From positions 1-64,000 of the forward strand of contig CAXXRD010000003.1 of NCBI GenBank assembly GCA_963663895.2: a stretch of DNA of 64,000 nucleotides, in the 5' to 3' direction. Shown in pieces: positions 17,868 through 28,130 of the stretch. Positions within the stretch are counted from its first letter, which is position 1. Every line of letters begins with the position of its first letter. This DNA comes from Dehalococcoidia bacterium. Lineage in GTDB: Bacteria; Chloroflexota; Dehalococcoidia; Bin125. The notes under the pieces are model-generated. The model saw only the letters and a list, made by a program, of their open reading frames with translations, was not told the origin of the DNA and ran no database searches. The translations under genes and the position numbers were made by a program.

Positions 17868-19127
17868 CTAGAGCTCGCGCGCGGCGATGTCGCGGCGATA
17901 GATGCCACCTGCAAAGTCAATGCGCCGCACGTTGTCGTAGACCCGTGCACGCGCCTCGGCCAGAGTGGGTGCTCGGGCGACCACGGTCAAGACGCGTCCG
18001 CCGCTCGTCACCACCTCGCCCTCCTCCGTGAGGCGTGTTCCCGCGTGGAAAACCTGCACGTCGTCATCGATGGCATTCAGCCCGTGAATTGGCTTACCTG
18101 TTTCGTAGGATCCCGGGTAGCCGTCGCTGGCCAGCACCACGCCGACTGTGGCGTCCTCGCTCCACTCTACTGGTTGCGCTGCCAGGCGTCCTTCAGTGCA
18201 AGCCTCCATCACCGTGAGCAGGGCCGTTCGCAGCCGTGGCAGGACTACCTGCGTTTCGGGGTCTCCGAACCGGCAGTTAAACTCCAGCACGGACGCCGCG
18301 CCCTCATCGACCATCAAGCCAGCGTATAACGCGCCTTGGAAGGGCGCGTCCCTGGCAGCGAGCGCCGCCACCACTGGCCCGTGGATGTCGGCGAACAATC
18401 GCGGTGTGTTCTCCGGCGGCAGGAAGCCAGGCGGGCTATAGGCGCCCATGCCTCCGGTGTTGGGACCTACGTCCCCGTCACCAACGCGCTTGTAGTCACA
18501 GGACAGCGGCATGGGTTCCACCTGCCGCCCGTCAACGAACGCCATCGCGCTCGCCTCAAGTCCCGCCAGACGCTCCTCAATCACGACGATCTCCGAGGCC
18601 TCGCCAAACCTGCCGCCCAGCATGGCATCGGCGCTGGCGTGTGCTTCCTCGAAAGTCGCGGGAACCACAACCCCCTTACCGGCAGCCAGCCCGTCGGCTT
18701 TGACGACCGGGGGGCTCCTGAAGCTGTCGATGAAAGCGTGCGCTGGCCTTGCCTCGTGGAAGCTCCGGCCGCGCGCATGGGAGACGCCCGCTCTCTCCAT
18801 GAGCGATTTCGCGAATCGCTTCGACGCCTCGATACGGGCAGCGGCCCGTGTCGGGCCGAACACGCGAATGTCGCGCTCGCGAAGCGCGTCCACAAGTCCT
18901 GCAGCCAGCGGCGCCTCCGGGCCGATGACTGCCAGGTCGATGCGCTCGCGAACGGCGGCGGCGGCGAGGGCGTCGATCCGTTCGCTGCCGATGGGGAGAT
19001 TCACGGCCAGCGACGCGGTGCCGGCGTTGCCCGGCGCGCAGAACAGCTGCTCGATCTGCGGGCTTTGGCTCAGGGCCCAAACGAAGGCATGCTCGCGCCC
19101 GCCGCTGCCGACTACCAACACACGCAT
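17868..19127 (-). CDS. purD: Phosphoribosylamine-glycine ligase
   Basis: GSGGREHA, KADGLAAGKGV, GPNTGGMGAYSP and EFNCRFGDPE. Confidence 0.97.
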   Translation of the reverse strand: MRVLVVGSGGREHAFVWALSQSPQIEQLFCAPGNAGTASLAVNLPIGSERIDALAAAAVRERIDLAVIGPEAPLAAGLVDALRERDIRVFGPTRAAARIEASKRFAKSLMERAGVSHARGRSFHEARPAHAFIDSFRSPPVVKADGLAAGKGVVVPATFEEAHASADAMLGGRFGEASEIVVIEERLAGLEASAMAFVDGRQVEPMPLSCDYKRVGDGDVGPNTGGMGAYSPPGFLPPENTPRLFADIHGPVVAALAARDAPFQGALYAGLMVDEGAASVLEFNCRFGDPETQVVLPRLRTALLTVMEACTEGRLAAQPVEWSEDATVGVVLASDGYPGSYETGKPIHGLNAIDDDVQVFHAGTRLTEEGEVVTSGGRVLTVVARAPTLAEARARVYDNVRRIDFAGGIYRRDIAAREL

Positions 19128-19132
19128 CCGAA

Positions 19133-19567
19133 CTATCCGCGCACCTCGACGGCGGGGGCCGCCTGTGGAATCCGCCGAAGGTCGCCGTCGAGGACGATGG
19201 GGTCCATGGCGGCCATTTCGCTGGCGTACGGCATCGCTGGTACCGGGTGCATCAGGAAGATTGGCAGGTCCAAGATGTGGGCGAAACCCATCTCGAGGAA
19301 CGAGTTTCCCCCGATATAGCGCTCAATGCCCTTGGTGGTCTCGTTGAGGACGAGGATCGCATCGGATCGCTGGATCTTGCGCCAGTGCGCGCGGATGAGA
19401 TCGAAGCTGCGTTTGAGCTCGGCGCGTTCCTCGGTCGTGGCGTCGTGGTAGTCGAACTCCTCGACTTCAACCGGCACGTAGACGGTATGGCCCAGGGCCT
19501 CCAGCGTCTGTTGGACCTCGCGGATGCGAGCGATAAGGGTCATGCTTGCACAGATTGTGATGATCAC
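19133..19567 (-). CDS. Nucleoside 2-deoxyribosyltransferase-like fold protein
   Basis: ITICASM...GHTVYVP, SDAILVLN and YIGGNSFLEMGFA...PIFL patterns. Confidence 0.6.
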   Translation of the reverse strand: MIITICASMTLIARIREVQQTLEALGHTVYVPVEVEEFDYHDATTEERAELKRSFDLIRAHWRKIQRSDAILVLNETTKGIERYIGGNSFLEMGFAHILDLPIFLMHPVPAMPYASEMAAMDPIVLDGDLRRIPQAAPAVEVRG

Positions 19568-19592
19568 CGGCGCATCGCGATCTCTCCTGACC

Positions 19593-21269
19593 TCACTCCC
19601 ATTCGATCGTCCCCGGCGGCTTCGATGTGATGTCCAGCACCACTCGGTTCACGGCCGGGACTTCATTAACAATGCGATTGCTGATACGCGCCAGCACTTC
19701 GTAGGGGAGTCGGGCCCAATCGGCCGTCATTGCGTCTGCGGCGGTGACCGCGCGCAGCGCGATCACATGCCCATAGGTGCGGTGGTCTCCCTGGACGCCG
19801 ACTGATCGTGTGTCGGTTAGGATTGCGAATGACTGCCATAGATCACTGTAAAGATCGGCCGCCTTGATCTCGTCCATCACGATCCAATCAGCGGCGCGCA
19901 GGGTCTCCAGCTTTTCGCGGGTGACCGCGCCGATGATCCGGATGGCGAGACCCGGGCCTGGGAAAGGCTGACGCTGCACCATCGCGGCAGGCAACCCGAG
20001 CGCTATGCCGGCCTGACGTACCTCATCCTTGAATAGGTAGCGCAGAGGCTCAACCAGTGCGAAGCGCATCCGCTCCGGCAATCCCCCCACGTTATGATGC
20101 GTTTTGATCGTGGCGGTCACACTGTTGGGCCCGCTCTCGACGACATCGGGGTAGGTGGTGCCCTGCACGATGTACTCGACCGCGCCGAGCCCTTTGGCGG
20201 TCTCCTCGAAGACCTCGATAAAAGTTCCGCCGATCCGCTTGCGCTTGGTTTCGGGGTCGGTGACGTCCGCCAGGACCTCCAGGAAGCGGTCCGCCGCGTC
20301 GACGTGGATCAAGTCGATCTGTAAATGCTTGCGGAAGGTCTCCACGACTCGTTGCGGCTCCTCGCGGCGCATCAGACCGTTATCGACGAAGATGCAGGTC
20401 AGTTGCGAGCCCACCGCGCGGTGCACAAGCGCTGCCGCCACTGCCGAATCCACGCCGCCGCTGAGCGCGCAGATCACACGCCCCCCCCCGATCTGATCGC
20501 GCAACCGTTGCACGCTCTGCTCACTGAAGCTGCCGGCGGTCCAATCACCCCGGCAGCCGCAGATCTTGCGGACGAAGTTCTCGAGCAAGCGGGGCCCGTC
20601 GCGGGTGTGCACGACCTCGGGGTGGAACTGGATCCCATAGATGCCGTCGTCGTTGCCGATCACTGCTGCAGGCGACGCTTCACTGGAAGCGAGCGTCTGG
20701 AACCCTGGAGGTAATTCCGTCACCCGATCGCCGTGGCTCATCCAGACGGGAAGTGCCTCTGGGAGGCCATCGAGTAGCGCCGTGTGGGGTTCTGCCCGAT
20801 GCAAGACGGCGTGACCGAACTCCCGGTTCTGCGACGGCAGGACGCGTCCGCCCAACGCCACGGCGATCTCCTGCATGCCATAGCAGATCCCAAGGACCGG
20901 CAAGCTGCTCTCGTAGATGTAGGCGGGCGCGCGCGGAGCCCTCTCGCCATATACCGACGCAGGGCCACCCGAGAGGATGAAGCCCTTGGGGTTGAGTTCC
21001 TGTACCTGCTCCCAAGTAGCGGTGTGGGGGATCAACTCGCAGTACACGTTAAGCTCGCGCACGCGCCGGGCAATGAGCATGCTGGTTTGCCCGCCGAAGT
21101 CGATGATGGCGATCGCTTCCCGTGGCTGGTGCGAAAGGGGTGTCGAAGGGTCGGTTGGGGAAGCTGCAGCAGCGCGTGCGCCACGCGCTACTTCCAGGTA
21201 GCCTGAGACTTCCAGGTCATCGGTCGTGCGGATCCGGGGGATCGGCGCCGTCGTGTTCGACTCCGCCAA
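19593..21269 (-). CDS. guaA: GMP synthase (glutamine-hydrolysing)
   Basis: [38 protein letters not shown] and [11 protein letters not shown]; TTG start with GAGGAGG RBS. Confidence 0.96.
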   Translation of the reverse strand: MAESNTTAPIPRIRTTDDLEVSGYLEVARGARAAAASPTDPSTPLSHQPREAIAIIDFGGQTSMLIARRVRELNVYCELIPHTATWEQVQELNPKGFILSGGPASVYGERAPRAPAYIYESSLPVLGICYGMQEIAVALGGRVLPSQNREFGHAVLHRAEPHTALLDGLPEALPVWMSHGDRVTELPPGFQTLASSEASPAAVIGNDDGIYGIQFHPEVVHTRDGPRLLENFVRKICGCRGDWTAGSFSEQSVQRLRDQIGGGRVICALSGGVDSAVAAALVHRAVGSQLTCIFVDNGLMRREEPQRVVETFRKHLQIDLIHVDAADRFLEVLADVTDPETKRKRIGGTFIEVFEETAKGLGAVEYIVQGTTYPDVVESGPNSVTATIKTHHNVGGLPERMRFALVEPLRYLFKDEVRQAGIALGLPAAMVQRQPFPGPGLAIRIIGAVTREKLETLRAADWIVMDEIKAADLYSDLWQSFAILTDTRSVGVQGDHRTYGHVIALRAVTAADAMTADWARLPYEVLARISNRIVNEVPAVNRVVLDITSKPPGTIEWE

Positions 21270-21379
21270 TGCGCCTCCTCGTGTTGGGCAACGTATCGCG
21301 ACGGTATACTAGCGGTCAAGAACACCTGTCCTAGGGTCGAAGGGCTTGCGAGGCGGTCGCGGCAAGAAATGGGTGCGTA

Positions 21380-22018
21380 GTGACAGCGGTAGCGGAAGTC
21401 GATCAGGGCGCCACCGAACAAGCCGCCCGCGTGCTATCCCAAGGCGGCATCGTCGCACTCCCGACGGACACGCAGTATGGTCTCGCCGCACTCGCGAGCA
21501 ACGGCGCCGCCATGATGAAGCTCTTCCATCTCAAGCGCCGGCCTGATGATCAAGCCTTGCCGATCTTTTTGCCGGACCACTCTTGGTTGGGCCGCGTCGC
21601 GACGGATGTGTCCCCCAGCATACGGCGGCTCGCGCAGGCGGTCTGGCCGGGCGCCGTCACCCTGGTTCTGCGCCGCAATCCCAAGTGGTACTCGCTCGCG
21701 GCCCCCTATGAGACCGTTGCCCTTCGTATTCCTGCGCACCCAGTCGCGCGCGCCCTACTCGATAAGGTCGGAGCACCACTGACTGGCACGAGCGCCAACC
21801 GTCACCAGGAACCTGCCGCCACGACACCCGAGGCGATCCTGGAGCTCTTCGGCAGTGCGGTCGAGATCTTACAGCCGTCGGGGCTGCTACCGGCAGGCAA
21901 GCCTTCCACGATTTTGGATTGCACTGGCGCGGAGCCTCGGGTGCTGCGCAGCGGTTTGGTCGGCGAGGAGGACATTCGCGCCATCCTGGCTGGTGAAACC
22001 GACTGGGTGCAGACTTAG
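21380..22018 (+). CDS. tsaC: L-threonylcarbamoyladenylate synthase (TsaC/YrdC)
   Basis: PTDTQYGL, KRRP, WPGAVT, TSAN and PSTILD. Confidence 0.9.
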   Translation: MTAVAEVDQGATEQAARVLSQGGIVALPTDTQYGLAALASNGAAMMKLFHLKRRPDDQALPIFLPDHSWLGRVATDVSPSIRRLAQAVWPGAVTLVLRRNPKWYSLAAPYETVALRIPAHPVARALLDKVGAPLTGTSANRHQEPAATTPEAILELFGSAVEILQPSGLLPAGKPSTILDCTGAEPRVLRSGLVGEEDIRAILAGETDWVQT

Positions 22019-22041
22019 GCTCCTACAACGGCCGGAGCCGC

Positions 22042-23232
22042 ATGGTGAAGCGCACCGTTCGAGATCTGCCGCTCCGAGGCAAGCGCGTGCTGCTGCGCGC
22101 CGACTTCAATGTGCCCCTGCAGGGTGGAGCCGTCGCTGATGATACCCGTATTCGCGCTGCCCTCCCGACCATTCGATACTTGCTCGGCGAGGGCGCTGCG
22201 GTGGTCGTTTGTGCCCATTTGGGCCGACCGCGAGGCTACGTCCGCGACGAGTTGCGACTGGCGCCGGTGGCGGCGCGGCTGAGTGAGTTGCTAAGCCTGA
22301 AGGTGGCAGTCGCGGAGGATAGTGTCGGCGCTTCCGTCGAAAAGCGGGTCCGGCAGCTACGGCCGGGCGATCTGCTGCTCTTGGAGAATCTGCGCTTCCA
22401 TCCCGAGGAAGAGGCGAACGCCCCTGATTTCGCGCGCCAACTCGCCGCGTTTGCCGATTGCTTCGTGAACGATGCCTTCGGCGCCGCGCATCGCGCCCAT
22501 GCCTCAACGGAAGGGGTGGCCCGTTACCTCGACTCCGCTGCCGGACTGCTGATGGCGGAAGAGCTAGAGCGGCTTGGTAGTGTCTTCAGTGCCGAGGTCG
22601 GCACCCGCGCGGCGCTCATTGGCGGCGCCAAGATTAGCGACAAGCTAGTGCTGCTGCGTCGGCTCATTGAGCGGGTCGACATTCTCTGTATCGGCGGCGC
22701 GATGGCCCATACTTTTCTGCTTGCCCGTGGGCTGGCGCTGGGAGCCTCACTCGTCGAGCCTGACCTGGTGGGCGAGGCCCGGACGGTCCTTGAGGCGGCT
22801 GCCAGCCGCGGGTGCATTCTGGAACTCCCGATCGATGGAGTGATCGGACAGGGCCCGGACCTGACGCCGCGCGCACGGCCCTTAATCTTCGCGGAAGAGG
22901 AGGTGGAGTCCGGCTGGCAGGTCTTGGATATCGGTCCGGCGACGGTTGAGCGCTTCAGTGAGGCCCTGCGCCCCGCGGACGTGATCGTCTGGAACGGCCC
23001 GCTTGGGTTGTTTGAGCAGCCCGCCTTTGCTGGCGGTACGCGCGCGCTCGCGCGCACGCTCGCCGGGCTGTCTGCGACTACCGTCATCTGTGGCGGCGAA
23101 ACGGCTCAAGCCGTCCATGAGGCGGGTGTGGCTGAGCGGATCGACCACATCAGCACCGGCGGCGGCGCAGCACTGGAGCTATTGGAGGGACGTACGCTTC
23201 CCGGCGTGGCCGTGTTGCCCGACCGCGTGTAA
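22042..23232 (+). CDS. pgk: Phosphoglycerate kinase
   Basis: RADFNVP, HLGRP, LENLRF, DAFGAAHRAHAS and ISTGGGA. Confidence 0.97.
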   Translation: MVKRTVRDLPLRGKRVLLRADFNVPLQGGAVADDTRIRAALPTIRYLLGEGAAVVVCAHLGRPRGYVRDELRLAPVAARLSELLSLKVAVAEDSVGASVEKRVRQLRPGDLLLLENLRFHPEEEANAPDFARQLAAFADCFVNDAFGAAHRAHASTEGVARYLDSAAGLLMAEELERLGSVFSAEVGTRAALIGGAKISDKLVLLRRLIERVDILCIGGAMAHTFLLARGLALGASLVEPDLVGEARTVLEAAASRGCILELPIDGVIGQGPDLTPRARPLIFAEEEVESGWQVLDIGPATVERFSEALRPADVIVWNGPLGLFEQPAFAGGTRALARTLAGLSATTVICGGETAQAVHEAGVAERIDHISTGGGAALELLEGRTLPGVAVLPDRV

Positions 23233-23277
23233 CCGTTGGGATCGCGTCTAGGGAGTCAAACGGGGAAGCTATAGGCT

Positions 23278-24483
23278 GTGGATCTCGATCTTGCGCGGCG
23301 GATTGCTAGACCGGCCGATACCAAGATCGTCCTGCTTGTGCTGGATGGCCTGGGCGGTCTGTCGCACCCACAAACTCGTCGCACCGAACTCCAGACCGCC
23401 CGTACGCCTCACCTCGACCGGCTGGCTGCGCAGAGCGATCTGGGCTTGACCGTTCCGGTGGCTCCCGGCGTCACGCCGGGCTCGGGCCCTGGCCACTTGG
23501 CGCTCTTCGGCTATGACCCGCTGACGTTCGAGGTGGGACGTGGGGTTCTAGAGGCGGTTGGCATCGATTTCGCGCTCGGTCCTGAGGATGTTGCCGTACG
23601 CGGTAACTTCTGCACGCTCGCACGCGACGGCGCCATTACGGACCGGCGTGCCGGCCGGATCGCCACGAAGCGTGCGCAGGAACTCGTTGAACGGCTGCGA
23701 ACCATCGACGTGGGGCCCGCCATAGAGGTGTTCGTCGAACTGGTGCGCGAACATCGGTTCGTGCTCGTGCTGCGCGGTCCCGGTCTCGATGCACGGGTGA
23801 GTGAAACCGACCCTCAGCGACTTGGCGTCGCGCCCCTCCGCAGCGAGCCGCTTCATCCCAGCGCACTCGTCACTGCGCAAGCGATTAACCAGTTCTGTGG
23901 TGAGGCGAGACGGCAGCTCGCAGATGCCGCTCCAGCCAATGGTCTCCTGCTCCGAGGGATCGCGCAGCTGCCGCAGCTGCCGCAGCTCGAAGATGTCTGG
24001 AAGATCCAAGCCGCCAGCGCTGCGATCTATCCGATGTATCGCGGGTTGGCCAAACTGGCGGGAATGACGGCATTGGGACAACCGGCGAGCTTCGATGAAC
24101 AGGTAGCGGCCCTGCGGCAGCACTGGGATGCCTACGACTACTTCTTTGTTCACTACAAGAGCACCGACACTGCTGGTGAAGACGGCGACTTCGACGCCAA
24201 AGTTGCCGCGATCGAGGAACTCGACCGGCAACTGCCCGTACTCCTGGATCTCGAACCGCATGTGCTCGGGGTGGCGGGAGACCACGCCACTCCCGCGATC
24301 TTGGCGGCGCACTCCTGGCACTCCGTGCCTTTCTTGCTGCACTCGCCGTACACGCGGCCCGATCCGCGCGCCACCTTCGACGAGCTGTCGTGCGCGCACG
24401 GATCACTGGGCACCTTCCCGGCGGCGGCGGCGATGCCGCTCCTGATGGCCCACGCCGGCCGGCTCAGCAAGTACGGTGCCTGA
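23278..24483 (+). CDS. apgM: 2,3-BPG-independent phosphoglycerate mutase (archaeal-type ApgM)
   Basis: LDGLGG, TPGSGPGHLALFGYDP, GRGVLEA, DRRAGRI, GDHATP and HSWH. Confidence 0.92.
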   Translation: MDLDLARRIARPADTKIVLLVLDGLGGLSHPQTRRTELQTARTPHLDRLAAQSDLGLTVPVAPGVTPGSGPGHLALFGYDPLTFEVGRGVLEAVGIDFALGPEDVAVRGNFCTLARDGAITDRRAGRIATKRAQELVERLRTIDVGPAIEVFVELVREHRFVLVLRGPGLDARVSETDPQRLGVAPLRSEPLHPSALVTAQAINQFCGEARRQLADAAPANGLLLRGIAQLPQLPQLEDVWKIQAASAAIYPMYRGLAKLAGMTALGQPASFDEQVAALRQHWDAYDYFFVHYKSTDTAGEDGDFDAKVAAIEELDRQLPVLLDLEPHVLGVAGDHATPAILAAHSWHSVPFLLHSPYTRPDPRATFDELSCAHGSLGTFPAAAAMPLLMAHAGRLSKYGA

Positions 24484-24490
24484 GGCCGCG

Positions 24491-25249
24491 ATGCGTACGC
24501 CGATCAGCGTTGGTAACTGGAAAATGCACGCGACCAACGCGGAAGCCGAGCAGCTCGCTGAGTCTCTGGTATGCCTCTCCGAGGTCGAAGGGGTAACGAC
24601 GGTAGTGGCCCCGGGATTCTTGCAGCTTGCGCGTGTGGCGGAGCGCTTGCGTGGCAGCGGCATTGAGTTGGCGGGACAGAACATGCACTTCGCCGCCACG
24701 GGCGCCTTCACCGGCGAGGTGAGTCCAAAGCAGTTGGCCGAGGTCGCGAGGTGGGTGATCTTGGGTCACTCCGAGCGGCGCCGCTACTTCTGTGAGGACG
24801 ACGCTGCTCTGAAGAATAAGATCGACGCCGCCCGCGTGCATGGACTGCACCCAATCCTGGCGATCGGCGAGCGGACGGAGGAGCGCCAAGCTGGGCATAC
24901 CCAAGCCGTGTTGCAGCGCCAGCTGTGGGGCGCGTTGGAAGGGCTGGATATACCAGAGGGTTTCGTGGTGGCCTACGAGCCGGTGTGGGCGATCGGCAGC
25001 GGCATGCCGGCTACGGGCGAGCAGGCCCAGGATGCGGCAGCGTTGATCCGTACCGTGCTTGCGGAACTCCAGGGAGACGCAGTCGCCACATCCGTGCGGA
25101 TCCTCTACGGCGGGTCCGTAAAAGCGGAGAACATCGCTGAGTTCGCTGCCCAGCCCGACCTCGACGGAGCGTTAGTGGGTGGGGCGTCCCTGGACGCGGA
25201 GCAGTTTCTCGCGATCACCCGCGCGATCGCGGGGGCGAAGAGGGCCTAA
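24491..25249 (+). CDS. tpiA: Triosephosphate isomerase
   Basis: GNWKMH, GAFTGEVS, GHSERR, AYEPVWAIG and LYGGSV. Confidence 0.97.
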   Translation: MRTPISVGNWKMHATNAEAEQLAESLVCLSEVEGVTTVVAPGFLQLARVAERLRGSGIELAGQNMHFAATGAFTGEVSPKQLAEVARWVILGHSERRRYFCEDDAALKNKIDAARVHGLHPILAIGERTEERQAGHTQAVLQRQLWGALEGLDIPEGFVVAYEPVWAIGSGMPATGEQAQDAAALIRTVLAELQGDAVATSVRILYGGSVKAENIAEFAAQPDLDGALVGGASLDAEQFLAITRAIAGAKRA

Positions 25250-25258
25250 GCTCCGACC

Positions 25259-26170
25259 ATGGATCCGCCGCTCGTTGCAGTGGTTGGCCCCACGGCTTCT
25301 GGGAAGAGCGAGTGGGCTCTCGCGATCGCTCAGACGTTCAACGGTGAAGTCATCGGTGCCGATAGCCGTCAAGTCTACCGCGGTATGGCCACCGGGACGG
25401 CCCAGCTTGGCCCGGTGCAGCGTAGACGAGTGCCGCACCATCTTGTCGGCCATGCTGATCCATCGGAGCGCTACAACCTGGTGCGTTTTCTCGCAGAAGC
25501 GCGGGCGGCGATCGCCGAGATCCGATCGCAACGGCGCTTGCCCGTACTCGCGGGTGGCACGGGTCAGTACGTGTGGGCTTTGTTGGAAGGCTGGTCGGTT
25601 CCGGAGATTGAGCCAGACTTGGAGTTGCGTAGCCACATGGAGGCCCGCTCCGTGAGAGAGGGCGCAGGGCAGCTCCATGCCGATCTGGCCGCGATCGATC
25701 CGCAAGCCGCACAGCGGATCGCGCCGGCGAACGTGCGTCGAGTGATCCGGGCGTTGGAGGTCTTTGCTCTGACCGGCAAGCCGATCTCTAGCTGGCACGA
25801 GAGCCGCGACTCGCTCGAAGCACTGGTCGTCGCGCCGGCCCTTGAGCGCGCGCAGCTAGACGCTCGCATTGAGAAACGAGTCGATTCGATGTTCGCGCGC
25901 GGTCTCATTGATGAGGTACGCGCGCTGCTGACGGGCGGACTCGATTCCCAAGCGTCGGCGCTGGAGAGCGTGGGCTACCCAGAGGTCTGCCGCCATCTCG
26001 CGGGCGAGATCACCCGGGTAGAGGCGGTCACCGCGGTGAAGCAAGCGACGCGGAAACTGGCCCGCCGACAGCAGCGGTGGTTCCGTCGGTCTGACGAGCG
26101 GATTCACTGGCTCGGCCACGTGGAGCAAGCGCTGGCGCTGGTGGCCGTCGCCCGCACGGTTCAGAGTTAG
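25259..26170 (+). CDS. miaA: tRNA dimethylallyltransferase
   Basis: GPTASGKS, DSRQVYRGM, GGTGQY and RRVIRALEV. Confidence 0.95.
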   Translation: MDPPLVAVVGPTASGKSEWALAIAQTFNGEVIGADSRQVYRGMATGTAQLGPVQRRRVPHHLVGHADPSERYNLVRFLAEARAAIAEIRSQRRLPVLAGGTGQYVWALLEGWSVPEIEPDLELRSHMEARSVREGAGQLHADLAAIDPQAAQRIAPANVRRVIRALEVFALTGKPISSWHESRDSLEALVVAPALERAQLDARIEKRVDSMFARGLIDEVRALLTGGLDSQASALESVGYPEVCRHLAGEITRVEAVTAVKQATRKLARRQQRWFRRSDERIHWLGHVEQALALVAVARTVQS

Positions 26171-26245
26171 GAAAAGGAAGCCGCACTGCCGATCGGCGGT
26201 ACGCCGCCGGACCTTTACAATTCGTGAATAGCAAGGCGACGCACG

Positions 26246-27121
26246 ATGGAAATTTCCTTCAGCAAGATGCAGGGCACCGGCAATGACTTCGTGCTGGTAG
26301 ACGGCCGTGCCATTCAGGCCGGTTGGGCAGGGGTAGCGTCGTCGATCTGCGATCGGCACTTCGGTGTCGGCGCGGACGGCTTGCTGGTGGTGGAGGAGTC
26401 GGGACGGGCTGCGCTGCGGATGCGGCTGTTCAACGCCGACGGTTCCGAGGCGGAGATGTGCGGCAACGGGTTGCGCTGCGTGGTGAAGTGGGCGCTGGAA
26501 CGAGGTGGTGCCGTGCTCCGCGACGGTGCTTTGGCAGTGGAAACAGGCGCCGGGATAGTGCGTGCCGTCGTGACGGCGACGGGTGCGGAGCAGTCGATCG
26601 AGCGGGTCCGTTTGTCCATGGGAGCACCGCGTTTGGAACCAGAGGAGATCCCCGTCCGTGTGGATGGACCGGGACCGATCATGAATCTGCCGATCGCGGT
26701 AGACGGAACGGAGCTGGCGGTGACCTGCGTCTCGTTGGGCAACCCGCACGCGGTGCACTTCGTCGACGGCCCCCTGAGCGCGTTTGCGCTGGAGCGGTTG
26801 GGACCGTTGGTAGAGCGGCACGATCGCTTCCCACAACGTACGAACTTCGAAGTAGTGCACGTGGAATCCCCCGAGCGGCTGCACCTGCGAGTGTGGGAGC
26901 GTGGCGCGGGCCCAACGCTAGCCTGCGGCTCAGGGGCCGCTGCCGGCATGGTCGCGGCGCGGCTTCACGGCCTGGTCGGGGAGCGTGTGACGGTCTCGCT
27001 GCCGGGCGGCGATCTCGATCTCTCTTGGGACGGAGAAGGATCGGTTTCGCTTGAGGGACCGGCGGAACGGGTATTCGAAGGACAGTGGATTATCGATCGG
27101 ACCCACGATGGTCATCCCTGA
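26246..27121 (+). CDS. dapF: Diaminopimelate epimerase
   Basis: GTGNDF, NADGSEAEMCGNG, GNPHAV and ERGAGPTLACGSG. Confidence 0.96.
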   Translation: MEISFSKMQGTGNDFVLVDGRAIQAGWAGVASSICDRHFGVGADGLLVVEESGRAALRMRLFNADGSEAEMCGNGLRCVVKWALERGGAVLRDGALAVETGAGIVRAVVTATGAEQSIERVRLSMGAPRLEPEEIPVRVDGPGPIMNLPIAVDGTELAVTCVSLGNPHAVHFVDGPLSAFALERLGPLVERHDRFPQRTNFEVVHVESPERLHLRVWERGAGPTLACGSGAAAGMVAARLHGLVGERVTVSLPGGDLDLSWDGEGSVSLEGPAERVFEGQWIIDRTHDGHP

Positions 27122-28040
27122 TTACTCGCGGCATCAGTCGGACCGTGCCCCCGGGCTGGTGCGCGAACTGCACCGCACCTTAGGCGATCAAGCACTGCGC
27201 TACCGCAACCTCGACGATGCGGACTACGACGCGCTCGTGGAGGAACGGAAGGTAATCGTCGCGCACAGTGCCGATGGCTATGTGCTCGGCTTGCCGACCG
27301 GGCGGCAGTTGCGCGTCTATTACGAGTTCGGTGACTTGGACGCAGCCCGCGATCAGTTGGGTCGCCTGGTAACGGATTTGGCCGCAGTTGCGCTTACGCG
27401 CACCGACTGCGAGACGATGGTGCTCGACTACAACGATTCGGGACACCGGCACCTCATGCATCCAGCTTTGCAAGGGGCGGCCTTTGAGGAGCTCGAGTGG
27501 TCGCTGCTGCGTTGTCGCGACATACGCGATGTCGAGCCACCCGGCGCTCTCCGCGAGGGCGTGCTGGTGCGCGGTGCGACGGTGGCGGACGGTGAAACGA
27601 TCGCACGGTTCGACGCCGCGGTGCGCGGTGCGGATGCGGTCGCTCCCCCTTTGCCGGCCGGCTTCGTCGAAGAGGCGGCATGGGTGGGGCTGGCGGAAGT
27701 GGAGGGAGAACTGGCGGGGTTCCTGCGCGTCGGCGTCACGGGAAAGCGGGGTTTGTTCGCGGACGAGTTCGTCGTCGATCCCGCGCGCTGGCCACAGGAC
27801 GTGGGCGCCGCGCTGATCAGCGCGGCAATCGAGTGGGGACGGCAAGACCAGCGGCGCGTGTTGACGGTCAGCCTCTCGACGGACCTCTCGACCGCTCCCT
27901 TTTTCAAGACGCTGGGTTTCTACCGGGTGCAGGAGCGACTGCGCTACCGGCGTCCCGTCGACCAAGCGGAGATCGAGCGACGGCGTGCGGAGAAAAAGTC
28001 GACCTACTTCAAGGTCGGCAAGATCTGGGGCAAATGGTAG
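27108..28040 (+). CDS. Putative GNAT-fold protein
   Basis: C-terminal half has VRGAT..D, GELAGFL, FVVDPARWPQDVGAALI and FFKTLGF patterns; overlaps dapF by 14 bp. Confidence 0.65.
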   Translation: MVIPDYSRHQSDRAPGLVRELHRTLGDQALRYRNLDDADYDALVEERKVIVAHSADGYVLGLPTGRQLRVYYEFGDLDAARDQLGRLVTDLAAVALTRTDCETMVLDYNDSGHRHLMHPALQGAAFEELEWSLLRCRDIRDVEPPGALREGVLVRGATVADGETIARFDAAVRGADAVAPPLPAGFVEEAAWVGLAEVEGELAGFLRVGVTGKRGLFADEFVVDPARWPQDVGAALISAAIEWGRQDQRRVLTVSLSTDLSTAPFFKTLGFYRVQERLRYRRPVDQAEIERRRAEKKSTYFKVGKIWGKW

Positions 28041-28130
28041 GCTGCGGCGCTGCGCGATCCACAGCTCGCCGCCGGCTGTGCGTTGCATCCCGTACGGCGA
28101 TAAGCAGGGTAGCTGCGAGATGGGGGACCG

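Noticed and set aside
21270-21379. Purine or ZTP riboswitch upstream of guaA-purD
   Set aside because: Short divergent promoter region without recognisable aptamer motifs.
23963-23988. 9-bp tandem repeat encoding QLPQLPQL in apgM
   Set aside because: A short in-frame coding repeat with no wider structure.
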